From Podarcis muralis (Eukaryota): a stretch of DNA of 64,000 bases. The notes beneath the pieces are model-generated. The model was not told the origin of the DNA. It was given only the letters and a program-made list of their open reading frames with translations, and searched no databases. The position numbers and the translations under genes were made by a program. Position 1 is the stretch's first letter. Each line of letters starts with the position of its first letter. The stretch is from assembly GCF_964188315.1 (NCBI RefSeq), contig NC_135668.1:29884001-29948000 (forward strand). The letters are read 5' to 3'. Below are positions 1 through 13,863 of this stretch, piece after piece.

Positions 1-1746
1 AGTCCCACCATTTTTTCTCCCATGCGCACCAATTCTGAAGGGCAGCAGGATGCCCAGGAAGACATTCCAGAAGTAGGTATGTGCTTGAGAAGCAGGGAGA
101 GAAACTCCCACCTTGCCAGAGGGATACAAAGCAGCAGAATGATGCCTCTGCGCTTCCATCATCTTCAGCAGAGAACAGAACAACAGTGATGTGTCTGACA
201 GTAGGTGGGAGAAAAGGCATTTACAGCACGATATTTTGTTTACTCAAAAGTAAATTCTGCTCTGTTCAACAGAGCCTATGAACAGGATTGCAGGCCAAGT
301 GCGTATTAACTATGCACCCAAAGAGTGAGATTACCAGGCATTGGGATAATATATGATTGAGATCAAAGGGGTTCAGCAAAAGGAGATATGGAAATTAGTG
401 TACTTACAAGAGCCAAAATCCTTTAAGAAACTGGATAGCTTTCCTGAGGGGGGGAGTAGGGGGAGAATGGTCTGCCAGTTCCTCCAAATCATAGGCGTGC
501 ACCTGTATATATCCTGGAAAATCTGGCCTTGCTCACTTGCCCAGTTGTGGAACTTCCTCCCACAGCAGACTTAGCAAGATGCCTGCCAAGCTGCAAAATG
601 GGTCTTGGAAGGTCTTCTCTACACCAGCAATGGGTGGCTTGCAGTTCTGCTGCTTCACACACTCAAGCTGAAAGTGGCAACTACAGAAATTAACTGCAAT
701 GCATCACGTTTAGCAGCCAAGCAGAAGCGAGCTGGCTATGACATAGATTGGTCTTCAGAGCTGGCCGCAACAGATGTGGACGGGCCCTTAAACCATTTTC
801 ACAGTGAGGTGCTGAAAAGATTGTCCCACTCTTCAACATTATTCCACAGTGGTTGGATGATTCCTGCATTGCATGGGGTCTGACTAGATGACCCTTGAGG
901 TCCCTTCTAACTCTACAATTATGTGATTCTACAAAAGTATGCCATGCTCAGAGCCAAAGGGTGGTGATAGGCCAAGGGAGCATATGCCTACCTCCTGGGG
1001 TTAAAAAACATTTTAGTGAGATTGGGAACATCCAAGAAGAAGCCAGTTAGTTCTTCTTTGTGGTGACAGGCTCTCTAAACAACCCAGACACATTGAAGCC
1101 ACATGTTGTTTAAAACTCTAACACTAATTATATATGACACTTGCATGCTGATGAAGGTAACAGTCCAGTGGGTGCCCTCTGGGGCTCAGGCCCCAATTCC
1201 AGGTGATCTATGTGCCCCTTTGAGAAACACTCACCAGCAGCGCAGAGTTGTGGGTATAGCACAATCTAAACAAACCAAGGACAAGCACAGAGAACCAGGC
1301 AACATCCAAAATGGGAACCAGAAGCTGGGTGAGGTCACAGTCTAAGGTCAGCATCTCAGGGAGCTTAGTCAAGGTTCACTTCAGCAGAGGCACCCTGCAT
1401 TGCTCCCAGAAAGAAGTCTGATACACTCTGACCTCTTAGGCCACACCCTCATCACAGAAACTGGCAGTGAAAGCATTTCAGGGATTTCTCACTCACGAGG
1501 AGACCCCTTACTCATGGGCCACAATGACAACTCTGGATCCACAGACACATGCTAATACTAGACCTCCAATGAGGCTGAATGTTGGAAAATTCAAAACAGA
1601 TAAAACAAAGCTCTTCTTCATGCTGTGTGTGGTTAAATTATGGAACTTGCTCCTGCAGAAGGCAGTAATGGCCACCCTTTGTTTGTTTGTTTTTAATTTT
1701 ATTAAAACTATTACAAAATATAAGCAAATTATTGCAAATACATACA

Positions 1747-1777
<31 letters not shown>

Positions 1778-1948
1778 TTCAGATAAGCTAAGATAAGATA
1801 AAAAAAGAACAAAAAAGAAAAAAGGAAGAAAAGAAAAAAGATAAGCTAAGGAGAAAAAGAAGAAGAAAAGTTGGAAGAATTTCTTCCAAATTTAATCTAC
1901 AAATATCTCAATAATAAAATTTCATTGATTGACTTCCATCGCCACCCT

Positions 1949-1992
<44 letters not shown>

Positions 1993-3564
1993 ATATATAC
2001 CGCCCATCTGAATGGGTTGCTCCAGCCACTCTGGGCAACTTCCAACAAATTAAAACATCAAACACAGTAAAACACCAAACATTAAAAACTTCCCTTATAC
2101 AGGGCTGTCTTCAGATCTTTCTATGGTCATATGGACAGCTTAGAGGGCTTTAAAAGAGGATGGGACAAATTCATGGAGGAGAGGGCAATCAAGGACTACT
2201 AGCCAGGATGGCTGTGTTCTACCTCCACAGTTGGAGGCAGCAATGCTTCTGAATACCAACTGCTGGAAGCCACAGGTTTCCCATAATGGGTATTTGGTTG
2301 GCCACTGGATGCTGGACTAGATGGACCTACTATGACCTGATCCAGCAGGCTCTCTTGATGTTCTTGTGAGGTTGAAGCTGGGAGGGGGGCAATATTCATT
2401 TAGGCCCTGCTTCAGGGAGCCAAAAGGCTGGAGCTGGCTGTTGATCCAGAGCTGCCCTGAAAGCAGATGCAGCAACTGCTCCCCTGACCCAGTGGACTAG
2501 CAAGAGAGCTGGGAGAGATCCATCTGGGTGATGGACAGCTGCCCCCCCTCCCAGCTACTTTCACACGGAGGGTGTGTTCCTTGCCCTGCCTGAGCTGCCT
2601 AAAGAGGCGGCCCCTGAACCCAGCTCCGGTGCATGACTGAGACTCATCATCCCCCATCTGTCAGCCGCAGTCAAGAGCATTTTCTGGAAAGCCCCACAGG
2701 CAGGTGCAAGTGCCACATCAATATGCCAGTGCTGTAATGACGAGTTCATAATATTTTCTGCTTGCATTCCACTGTCTGGGCGGATTAGCCAAGCGGCAGT
2801 TTCCTCTCCTGAGCCGGGCCTTCAAATTTAATAACAAAAGCATCAGCTTTTGTGTAGATTATGAGCCGGTGATTCATCGTGGAAATACCTCATGATCACT
2901 TGGGCACATGCAAGAGGGCTTTGAAACCTCAGAATTATGACTAACGAGGTGCAGGCTGGGGCAACGTCTCCATCAGATTAGGAGGAAATTAGGTTATCTA
3001 AGGCATGAGATCTGCAAGCCTCCCCAAAAATGGGAGATGCAGGGCTGGAGTCGCCTTCTGTTCCTTGGGCTTGCCTTGCCTCTTCTTCTCCACAGGACCA
3101 ATGAGGATGAGCTCCCCACAGCCCAAATCATGAACCGGAGATCCTTTTCCCTTCTTAATGTAGGTCGAAGGCTATGAGAAGTGCAAGGCCTATGAAAATA
3201 AACAGATTGAGGCAGGCAGGGGGTGGGTTTCAATGCCTGCTTGGAATGGGGGGGGGGTGAGCTTTCATTCTCCTTCCACTTGGCAACTCTCAGAGAGGCC
3301 TTCATGGGCTGACTTTATGCATGTGCCTGTTCAAACGCTGTCTATGAGGATGGCTTGCAGGTACAGGCAGGCAGGTGGAAGGGAGCCTGCAGGTGCTCAC
3401 CTGATCGGAGGGCGGATATGAGTCAGACTATGAGCCCTGCGTAGTCTCATTCCCACCTTACCTCCCTGTGAGTCTCATCCAGAGGACAAATGAAGCAAAT
3501 AAACAAGGGGGGTGGGCAGATTCAGAAAAGTGCAAACTAAATGATCCTGGGCAACTCTCCTATG

Positions 3565-3800
3565 AAGAAAGGTTTTCAGTGTATAGGACTTCCTAGCTTA
3601 GAGAAAAGGTGAGAGCGAGAGGCGATATGGTAGAAGTTTATAAAATGATGCCTGGCATAGAGAGACTGGACAGAGAAAAGTTTTCCTGCCTCTCTCGTAA
3701 CACTGCAACTAATGGGCACCCAGTGAAGCTGAATGTTGGAAGATTCAGGACTTTCCCCAGGGCATAGTTAAAGTATTGTTGCACGCCACTCCAATTTCCA
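3565..3800 (+). mobile_element. Degraded CR1 fragment
   Basis: TTAGAGAAAAGG...GGCGATATGGTAGAAGTTTATAAAATGATG, an LEKRR.RGDM.EVYKIM remnant. Confidence 0.7.
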
Positions 3801-4924
3801 AGCAATGCGAAATTCCAGGGGTTCCTGATGCTCACCCAGGGTCTGTGTTTCCTTTTGGGAATGAGGCACAGCGGAGACTGTGGTGTCTTTAGTATATATG
3901 CTTTCCTCTCCGTGGATGCTTCTTGTCCACTCTGCCAGCAGCTAGTCTGTTCTGTTGACTGCTGGTTTTGTCGCTGCTCTGTCTGTTGCTGGGTTTGCTC
4001 CTGGAGCATCAACCTGAACTGCTCCAGGAATCTTACTATTTCTCCCTCCATCTTGACTCAGGCTCTGCTCTGGGAAGATGGCACTGAAGAAAAAGAAAAG
4101 AAGAAAAAAGAGGGAAGGAAGAGAACTCCCTTAGATGACCTCAACCAAGAAACCAGAGAGGGGCCCCTCTGCATGGATGCAACGATTACAAATGGCATAG
4201 ATTTATTAGGCTGGCCTAGGAGAAATAAGTGCCTGTCTCTGGGCTAGAAGATCCAGACTTTGCCACCTCCCAGCTTCTTCTCCCTCCTTGTCCTGAGCCT
4301 GAAATTCCCAGGCGCTTCTGAGGTCTTCTTCTATGTGCACAAAGAGTATGAAGATGCTTCTCCGGAGCTAAGCACCAGTGCTGCTGCTTCTAAAAATATG
4401 CCTCGTGTCCCCTCTTGCATCCTGACAGAGGCTTTAAATAGCTTTTTGGATTTCACATCTCAGGAATGGTTTAAATTCAAAAAAAACCTTCCGACAGCCT
4501 CTGAGCCAAGAATAAATGCTGTAGAAAGCAGAGAGCACCGCCCCACCTCCCTAAGCAGGACAAAAGAACAATGGGAGGGCTGTGTCTGCCATGGGTATCA
4601 GGGAGGCAGCGTCTTCATGCTGCAAAGATGGACCCTTTGTGAGTTGACCTGGGAGGGCCATCGCAACGCCAGGCGCCACTGCAGTAAAACAGTACAGCAG
4701 AGCAGTGTGGCTGCTGCTGGCCGTGGTGTGATCATTGCACATTGCATGTTCTGGACTAGCATCAGTGCAGGGGTTCTCCTCCTCTACCACCACCTTCTTC
4801 CCCCTCCAGTATCCTGAGGGCAGCAGCAGGAAATGTATATGAGGCTGATAAAGGAGAGCCATATCCAAGTCTAAGAGTTTGTCTGTTGGGTCTGCAGGGC
4901 TTGGCAGCAGCAAAGAGTTTAAGG

Positions 4925-5247
4925 CAGGGGTCAGCAAACTTTTTCAGCAGGGGGCTTGTCCACTGTCCCTCAGACCTTGTGGGGGGCCGGACTATATTTT
5001 GCGGGGGGGGGGGTGAACGAATTCCTAAACCCCACAAATAACCCAGAGATGCATTGTAAATAAAAGCACACATTCTATTCATGTAAAAACACCAGGCAGG
5101 CTCCACAAATAACCCAGAGATGCATTTTAAATAAAAGGACACATTTTATTCATGTAAAAACATGCTAATTCCTGGACCGTCTGTGGGCCGGATTTAGTAG
5201 GCGATTGGGCCGTAGCCAGCCCCTGGGCCTTAGTTTGCCTACCCATG
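4925..5247. mobile_element. hAT (Charlie/MER5-like) MITE with internal ~60-bp duplication
   Basis: CAGGGGTCAGCAAACT...AGTTTGCCTACCCATG; perfect TSD GTTTAAGG. Confidence 0.8.
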
Positions 5248-6190
5248 GTTTAAGGTGACCACAGGCTGTGCTAAAGCAGCTGCTTAAAAGGCTAGTGCAG
5301 TTCTAGGTGTCATCAGCATTTACCCAAACCATAAGAAGCAGAAGCAGAAGCAGTAGTTTTATACATGTACACCACCCTGGAATCCATACTTTGAATGAAG
5401 GTGCAGTTTAGAAATTTTCAAAGTAAATAAATAGTTCAATAGTTGTGGTCATAGGTGCCAACTCCCTGGGGCTCTGGGTGCCTGAGCACTCACAAAATTC
5501 CCCATGAAGGGGCCAGGCACCCACAATATTTGGTGCCAGAGCCATGCATGTTGGGACTGCCAGGCAACTTGCAGAGTGAGGCTGTAGCTGCCTCAGCAGT
5601 TTTGTCTTTGATGCCAAGAGTTCCCAAAACTCAAGGGGGACAATGGTGCAAGCATGGCCCAGAGTGGAAGGAAAGGCCTTCCCAAGGCTGCCTTCATCAT
5701 GTGAGCAACATGCTGTTGGGCCAGCAGCCACAAGCCATCCATGGTCAGTGCAGCTCCCATAGCAGAGCTTTAAGAACATAAGAAGAACATGCTGGGTCAG
5801 CACAATGGCCCATCCAAGCCAACATCCTGTTCTCACAGGGGCCAACTAGATGCCCCCAGGGGGAAGCCAGCAAGCAGGACCCATTCCCAAGAGAACTTCC
5901 TCCTCCTGTGATCTCCAGTAACTGGTATTCAAAAGCATTGCTGCCTCTAACTGTGGAGGCAAAGCATCGTGGCTAGTAGCCATCAATAGACTGTTCCTCC
6001 ATTGTTGACAACCAACAATTAAAATATGTGTTTCATCTGCTGTGCTTTAGAAATTTGCATGGAAATGTTTCCGATTGAAACCATATTTGTGCATAATATC
6101 CTTTGTTGCTACACTTCCACAGGATCAAAAGAAAGTCAACGCATCCCCAGAATGTCATGCGTCACCATTGTTTGCAATTGTCCTGCCAAT

Positions 6191-6273
6191 AGAGGAGAAG
6201 GTTGGGTCATGAAGACATCTCTCACTCTCATGTTGGCTGGTTTTTATTTCGTGTGTGTGTGTGTGTGTGTGTG

Positions 6274-6318
<45 letters not shown>
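6191..6318 (+). repeat. Compound (GT)n(GA)n microsatellite
   Basis: Read directly. Other SSRs: (TACA)n ~1740, (CTTG)n ~1947, (CA)n ~9367, (ATT)n ~31466, (AAC)n ~36259, (CA)n ~44254, (CT)n ~52106, (GT)n ~62986. Confidence 0.95.
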
Positions 6319-6323
<5 letters not shown>

Positions 6324-8369
6324 TGACTCAGAAAGGCCACCTTCGGGAAGCTGTGTTTATCCTGCAGGGCAGGACCATTTGGACAGGGAAATTGAGCCAG
6401 AGTGACAGGAGCACTGGAGAATATGCATCTTCTCAGAGGAGGAGGAGGAAGACCACGTGGGCTGCTCAGAAGCCTGGTCCATAGTCTCTGCCTTATTCTC
6501 AAACTGAACAGTTCTCAGAAGGAGCCTATGGGATTCTTGCCACATGACATTGGGATAATCAGGATTGCTAAGAGCAGAATATCTCTTTCTCCTGGCTGGC
6601 TGCCCTTGCCCTGACAGCACTTACATCTCCCAGAAGGTGGGAGAAGATCCCAGGAGATCTACTTTCCTAGATGTGATCCCCGCTCACACAGAAGAACTGG
6701 CTGTGGAGGGGGAAGTTGAGTGGAAGTGTCCATGTCATCAAGATACAGAGGAAAGGGAAAGGTGAACATAGCTAGATATGCACCCTGGACTTTAGAAAAA
6801 GCTGATTTCAAGAAAGCTCAAGAAATGCTGGGTGTGATCCCCTTGGTGAAAGCAGGAGGCAGAAGCTGAAGCTGGGTGGGGGCTTCTTAAAAGTGAAGAC
6901 TGAAGGTGCAATCAAAACCATTCCATTGAAATGGAGTCTCCAAGTCTGATAAATTAATTGCTTTATGGTAGTCATCTATTAATTATGCTAATAATAAAAA
7001 TAACAGTCAATGTCCCCCATCACATTATATTAGAATCTGGAATGCTTAATCTTAAAATGATTTCTTGAGCTCATGCTTCTTAGTACATCAACACTGTATT
7101 TTCCCACCTAAAAAAAGATTATTATTTTCCCATTTTACTCTTCTTTCTTTTACTTACCTGCATGGAATACTAATAAATGGTTGCTTATTTTGTTTCGAGA
7201 CAAATTTTCCTTGTGATTTCACTGTAGTGCTCAAGTATATATGGATTGCTGCGAGGGGGACAGTCGAGGGGTTAGGGTTGTGTGTTGTTGTTGTTGTTTT
7301 TGCATTTAATATTTTTACCTGTGCAACTTACCTGCTTGTTGGATATTCCTTTTACAAATGCAGGTTCTTCTTTAAAACAATTTTTTTAAAAACCCAATTT
7401 ATTTGTTTTTTTCAAAACCCATTCCATTCGACAAGGCAATGAGGACACATCTGAAGGCAGGAGAAGGAGCTCTCTGATGAACTCAGATTTAAAAGAAATG
7501 GAAGGAGGAGGAGGCTTCCAAGGCTAAAGAGAAGCAAGCAAGCTAGAGGTAGGCAGTGGATGACCCTCCAGTTGTGGCTTAGGCTTATGCAAGATGCTAA
7601 AACAACAACAAAAAGGGCGTGGTTCTTTTGGATAGGTTTGGAGCAAAAGGAACATCAGGACATAAGAAAATCCCTGTTCCCATTGTGGCCAGACAGATGT
7701 CTTAGTGGGAAGCCCACGAGCAAGTCCTGAGTGCAAGAGCAGCCCTCTCCTCGCCTGCAGTTTCCAACAAGAGATATTCAGAAGCATTGCTGAGTGTGGA
7801 GGTAGAGCAAAGCCACCATCACAGCTAGTAATCAGAGGACTCAGGCTCCATTGATTTGTCTAAGTCCCTTCTGAAGCCATCCAAGTTGGCAGAAGAATAT
7901 GGAGCGGGTGGGTCTGCTGAGAGAAGATGGAGAAATGTTAGCTGGCGAAGGAAAGAAGACGGAACTGCTCAGCTCCTACATTGCTGCTGTCTTCTCCTAC
8001 AAGGGAAAGGGGATGCTGCAGCATTAGGGTTCCCACATTGACAGGGGTCTGGACTAGGAAGGGTTGTTGAGGTCCCTTCCACCATCATAATTCTATTTTA
8101 GTGGGTAACCTGAGCATAGGGGGATGCAGGGGGTCAGCTGCCCTCCCAGAAATCAAGTAAAATACTTGATTTATAAAAATACTTAACTGACCAATTGCAT
8201 TGCAGATAACTCAGTTCTGTCCCCCCTAACATAAAGCATGCCCCCCAAAATAAATCCTGGCTATGCCCATGAACCTGTTTTAATAAGGAGAGAGCTGCTA
8301 AAAGAACCAGTGTTCTCCATTTAGCCTCCCTCCACTGTCAAGTTCACCAGCTTTTATCATTAGGACTCA

Positions 8370-8792
8370 AGGTAACCAAGATGACCAAGGTCCTGGAAAC
8401 CAAGCTTTATGAGGAACAGTTGAGAGAGATGGTTATGTTTAATCTGGAGAAGAGGAGACTGAGAGGAGATATGATAACCATCTTCAAATACCTAAAGGGC
8501 CGTCACATGGAAGATGGAGCAAGCTTGTTTTCTCCTGCTCCAGAGGGTAGGATCCACACCAATGGATTCAAATTACAAGAAAGGAGATCCCAACTATCAG
8601 GAAGACCTATCTGATAGCAAGAGCTGTATAACAGTGGAATGGTCTCCCTTGGACTAGTCTTCATTGGAGGTTTTTAAGCAGAGGTTGGATGGACACCTGA
8701 CATGGATGATTTAACTGAGATTTCTGCATTGCAGGGGGTTGGACTAGATGATTCTTGTGAGTCCCTTTCAACTCCACAATTCTATGATTCTA
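8370..8792 (+). mobile_element. CR1 LINE 3' fragment
   Basis: Encodes YEEQLREMVMFNLEKRRLRGDMITIFKYLKG (CR1 ORF2 end) and ends in an ATTCTATGATTCTATG tail. Confidence 0.88.
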
Positions 8793-9363
8793 TGACTTCT
8801 TCTAAGCTAAACCCCCACACACACTATTTCGCAAGAGTTTCATCATAAGGAATATGAATTTTCCAGCTGAACATTGTGACCTTTTCTCCACTTGAACGTC
8901 CTCCTAGGGAAGAGGGCTTTTTGAGAGTAGCATCAACCTCATTGCTCCCAGCCAATAGCAATCGTTACATTCCTGTCTGTGACGTGTTCCCTAAATCTTC
9001 TGTTTCTCTAAGGAAGGGGCCCATTGCTCCCCAAGTCCTCTGCACGCAGGCAGAACTAAGAAGACAATCATCAGAAGGGAGGTGCACTGAGGCATATACA
9101 ATAGTGGCTGACAGACTCCAGAGATTTTCTGCTTGCTGGCTTTCTATTCAACCACCATTCTTCTGGAAAACTAGCCTGGGCACTCTGATGAGCCCATCCA
9201 AAGGGTGGGCTTTCATCAGCTATGGAAACAAGCTGTTAAGAACACAAATTCCCTCCCTGTATTTTCCATGCCGACACTTATTTGGCCATTATCTTTGATG
9301 AGCTGCAGTCTGAGACCTTTGGAGAAGCAACCAATGACAAACTAGACTTTCTTTTGTCTACCT

Positions 9364-9409
<46 letters not shown>

Positions 9410-9961
9410 CTGATGGGTAGAATCTGCATTGAATCCATGCTGTTGGGGACCTTTCCTTTTTCTTTAAGCAGCCCTCCTAGTTCTAAAGCAGGAGAGAGGC
9501 ATAAAGGTGGCCACCAAAGTAAGTTTGTTATAGGGTTTGGATTGGCCCTTCCTCAACCTAAGGAAGACTTCATTGAAAAGCACAGCACCCTACACAGAAA
9601 GGCAGGGTGCTTTTAGCTTTTAACACTTGCTGGATCCAAGGATTAGAGAGGTGTGTGGCATACAGCTTAACACCCCAAACTCATAACAATATCCTCCTTT
9701 AACTTTGCTGTGTGGTTCCCAGAGCTCAACATTTGTCCCTATCTCTTCTCAGATGAGAAATGCCACCAATCCCTGTGAAATGAGCTAAACTACCTTCTGC
9801 CTAGATTCAGGTAGGTAGCCATATTAGTCTGATGCAGTTGAAATAAAAAAATTAAAAAATATCCAGTAGCACATTAGAGACCAACTAAGGAAGAAGTGCG
9901 CATGCATGCGAAAGCTTATACCCAGAACAAACTTGGTTGGTCTCTAAGGTGCTACTGGGAA

Positions 9962-10315
9962 GGGACGCGGGTGGCGCTGTGGGTTAAACCACAGAGCCTA
10001 GGACTTGATCAGAAGGTTGGCGGTTTGAATCCCCACGACAGGGTGAGCTCCCGTTGCTCGGTCCCTGCTCCTGCCAACCTAGCAGTTCAAAAGCACATCA
10101 AAGTGCAAGTAGATAAATAGGTACCGCTCCAGCGGGAAGGTAAACGGCGTTTCCGTGTGCTGCTCTGGTTCACCAGAAGTGGCTTAGTCCTGCTGGCCAC
10201 ATGACCCGGAAGCTGTACACCGGTTCCCTCGGCCAATAAAGCGAGATGAGCACGCAACCCCAGAGTCGGCCACAACTGTACCTAATGGTCAGGGGTCCCT
10301 TTACCTTTATCTTTT
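9962..10315 (+). mobile_element. Sauria SINE, full length
   Basis: GGGACGCGGGTGGCGCTGTGG head, GTGCAAGTAGATAAATAGGTACC core, ACCTTT tail; TSD about TAAGGTGCTACTGG. Confidence 0.88.
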
Positions 10316-11568
10316 AAGGTGCTACTGGACATTTTTTTACTTTCTTCCTATGTTCCTTCGTGCACTTGGCTGCAAATAGTTTCACATCCCCTTTTGCTGC
10401 TTATTAATATAAAATACGAGATGGGCACCGTCTCCTACCACTGCAGAGAAAGGTAAAGGTGGCAGTGGAGTTTAATGGTGAATCATTTGTTCTTGGACGT
10501 GGGGTGGGGGGGCTGCATGCCGCTTGCAGAGGCCACATGGAGCGAGGCTTATCCCTCACAGTGGTGTCAACAGAGGTAGCAGTAGATCTGTGCTGTTCTC
10601 CTTTCCTATTTCACTACAACCATCAGCCTTCCTGAAGCATCTCAAAGCAGAACTCCCAGGAAAACACTTCCACAACACGGCAAGGGAGAAGCCCACATCG
10701 CTGCTCTCTCTTACTCAACCGAATGCAGGCAGAGAGGGATCCCCAAGCCACACAGGGAAAGCTAACAGAAAGGAGAGCTTGGATCTGGGGGCAGCAGCAG
10801 GCAAAAAAGTGCGTTGAATAATCAGGCTACGGAGGTGTGAAGACAACAGTGGCAGGAAAACAGGAACAGCCTGGGAACTGCTAAAGCAGAGCTGGTAAGA
10901 AATGCGAGATAATACCAGATAGCGCGGGCCTTAAGCATGCCTCCCTCCCCTCCCCTCCCTTCTCTTCCATTCCCCAGTGCAAGTGAGTTTCCTTCCAAAG
11001 GCAAAGCAGAAAAAGCCTTGAAGGGGCTTCATGTCCATTAAGCTCTGGGAAAGAGTTTCCAAGAAGCAGTGGCATAGCTTGGGGGGGTGTCCCAGGAGCA
11101 AACTTCTAAGGGGGTACAATCAGGCGCCCCCACAATAGTCCCACTCATTGAAGCCAGAGCCATGGGGTGGCAAGCCACACCTGGGCTGGGGGGGCGGTGG
11201 TGCCTCCTTCTCCTTGTGGCTGGTGAAGGGATACCCACATACACCTTGCCCCTGGGCCAACCGAGAGGGAGGGAGGGGAGTCCACCACCACCCACTGAGG
11301 AGGGAGGGAGCAAGAGGAAGGCAGGAAAGCACTGCCAGAGCCATGTGCGTTGACCAGAGTGAGGTGACATGGCAGGACTCCTGTCTTCACGTTTCTCTGC
11401 CTTATCTCTGCTCCCAGGTTGGGGCTAATTTGCAAGGAGTGACTCCCTTAATTGGGCGCTAGCTGGCAAAGGGACTGACTGCTGCCCAGTCTACCAGGTG
11501 GCACAACACTTACCCCACTCTGGGCATCGGCAACTCTCTCTAAACCCCTGCAGTGGAGTGTTCCAAGG

Positions 11569-11715
11569 CAGTGGCGTAGCGTGGGTTGTCAGCACCCGGG
11601 GCAAGGCAAGTAATTTGCGCCCCCTAACCCGTGGATTTACGCCCCCTAACCCTAACCCCCAGATGTTGCGCCCGGTGCGGCCGGCCCCCCCTGCACCCCC
11701 CACGCTACGCCACTG
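11569..11715 (+). mobile_element. hAT-type MITE (TIR CAGTGGCGTAGCGTGG), copy 1
   Basis: 16-bp TIRs; perfect 8-bp TSD TTCCAAGG. Confidence 0.9.
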
Positions 11716-12721
11716 TTCCAAGGGCAATGCAGGGGATTGGTACCTAGAATGCGCAGAAAACATGTGTGGATCACAATATCCAGAAAAGACATGTATGGAG
11801 ACAGAGGATGTATGTACATGAGCTCAAGGAAGAGTGGTTCATGACATCTGGAGCATGGTTTGGTTTCCTCCAATTTGTTGACATCTCAGCCATGCAGAGG
11901 CAGTGAAACCAGCATTTGGTTCTGTGGGCCATGTTCATATGTGGGCAATGCCAGCTTCAAGAGAATCTTTTCTGGGTCAGAGAATGCTGGACCTTGCAAA
12001 GTTGGCCATATGGACACAGGTCTCCAAAGGCTATCAACCCCCTACATCCACCTGCTCAGTAACTTGTCTTAAAAACCAGTCTATTTCTCCACGCATTTGG
12101 GTTCCCTTTCAAAGTAGCTTGGCCTGACTCTTCCTTTCTAAGGCAGACCCAAAGGAGATGAGGGGTTTAGGCTAACATAGCACTGTAGAATCTGAAAGCA
12201 TTCTTTTAAGCACCAGTCCTCAAATCACCATCTTCCAGCCATTTCAGGACAGGGCAAGGGTGCCACCTACAGGGCATTTAATCAGACTACTCACCTGTGT
12301 AGGCTTATCAAGAGCTGTACAATCCAACCTGCATCTGGTGTGGGAGTGAGAGTGGGGAGTCACCTTTGCAAAGACAAAACATCACCCGGGTTCCTGAATT
12401 TCAGTCTGGATTTTCAGCCTTCGCTATATTACGTGGCTGTTACTTTCTCCAGAGACTGTAGCAGAAATATCCAGTTTGAAAAGGGATGCTTCTAGGAAGG
12501 GGAAAGACATCCCTGAAATTTCAGCCCATCTGGAGACCAGCATCTGTGCCGCACCGTGTGGGTGGAGGTGCTTATTTTTGGTGAGAGAAGATTCCATTCC
12601 AACAGTGGGCTGCTTTTCAAAAGTGGCTCCAGTTATAATACAATCCTTTCTTTGCTTGTAGATGTCACTCCTGTCCCTATGGCATCATGCAGAGGGAAGC
12701 TTTCACTAAAGGGTCACCTAA

Positions 12722-12870
12722 AAGCCTGGATAGCTCAGATGGTTAGTGTGGTACTGATAAGGCCAAGGTTGCAGATTTCATCCCCATATATGGGATAGCT
12801 GTGGATTCCTGAATTGCAGGGGCTCGTACTAGATGATCAACAAGGTCCCTTCCGACTCTACAATTCTATC
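12722..12870 (+). mobile_element. tRNA(Ile)-like head + CR1-tail SINE
   Basis: GGATAGCTCAGATGGTTAG...GATAAGGCCAAGGTTGCAG head, then ATTCCTGAATTGCAGGGG...ACAATTCTAT CR1-type tail. Confidence 0.6.
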
Positions 12871-13704
12871 ACCAACAGAACACTGAGGTGACAGACAACC
12901 AACTGGCTCTGCATGGATATTTTATTAGGTGACAGGCTTGACTCAATGGTTTTCTAATAGGATGGAGAGGGTGAGGGGTGGCTTGTGCCCAAACTGGTGC
13001 TTTTTTAAAGAGGTTATTGAGAAGCTAGAATCATCATCATCATCATTTATATCCTGCCTTTTTCCTGGACCAGGACTCAAGGCTGTTTATACCAATTAAA
13101 ACAAGGCAGATAAAATAAAAAAGCTAAACCCATACAAAAGAATAATTGAAAAGCAATTAAACTCTAATAGAATTAAAACAATATATAAAAAATGAAATTT
13201 AACAAATACAAATAATAAAAACAGCACAGCACTATTAAAAACCCTTCCCCTTTTTTAAAAAAGCAAATAAAGCAGGGGCAGAAGGACAAGGAGGAAACCA
13301 GTCTAGCTTCTCTAGGAAGGGAGTTCCAAATATGGGAGCCGCCACCAAGAAGGCCATCTTCTCTCCTTCCTTCCAAGCTGCTTCTTGGATCCTTTTTTTC
13401 TGACCTATAACAGATTTGCCTAACCCTCACTGCAATGCTTTTTTTATTCACAGAGGAACCTGGAAAGCTGCCTTGTCCTGACTCAGGTCCCTTGGTCCAT
13501 CCAGCTCAGTACTGCCTGCACTGGCTGGCAGTGGTTCCCCAGAGTTTCATGCAGGGAGTCTTTCTCTGCCCTACCTGGGATTGCTGGGGTCCGAACCTGG
13601 GACCGTCTGCCTGCAAAGCAGAGGCTCTTCTACTACTGAGCTATGATGGTGATGCTTCTGAATACCAGTTGCTGGAAACCACAGGAGGGAAGAGTGCTCT
13701 TGGG

Positions 13705-13863
13705 CAGTGGCGTAGCGTGGGGGGTGCAGGGGGGGGCCGGCCGCACCGGGCGCAACATCTGGGGTTAGGGCAAATCCACAGGTTAGGGGGCGCAAATCCA
13801 CGGGTTAGGGGGCTCAAATTACTTGCCTTGCCCCGGGTGCTGACAACCCACGCTACGCCACTG
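13705..13863 (-). mobile_element. hAT-type MITE, copy 2
   Basis: Same family, inverted; TSD CTCTTGGG. Confidence 0.9.

Noticed and set aside
9962-10050. tRNA-like A/B boxes in SINE heads
   Set aside because: They belong to SINEs with bodies, tails and TSDs, and are not tRNA genes.
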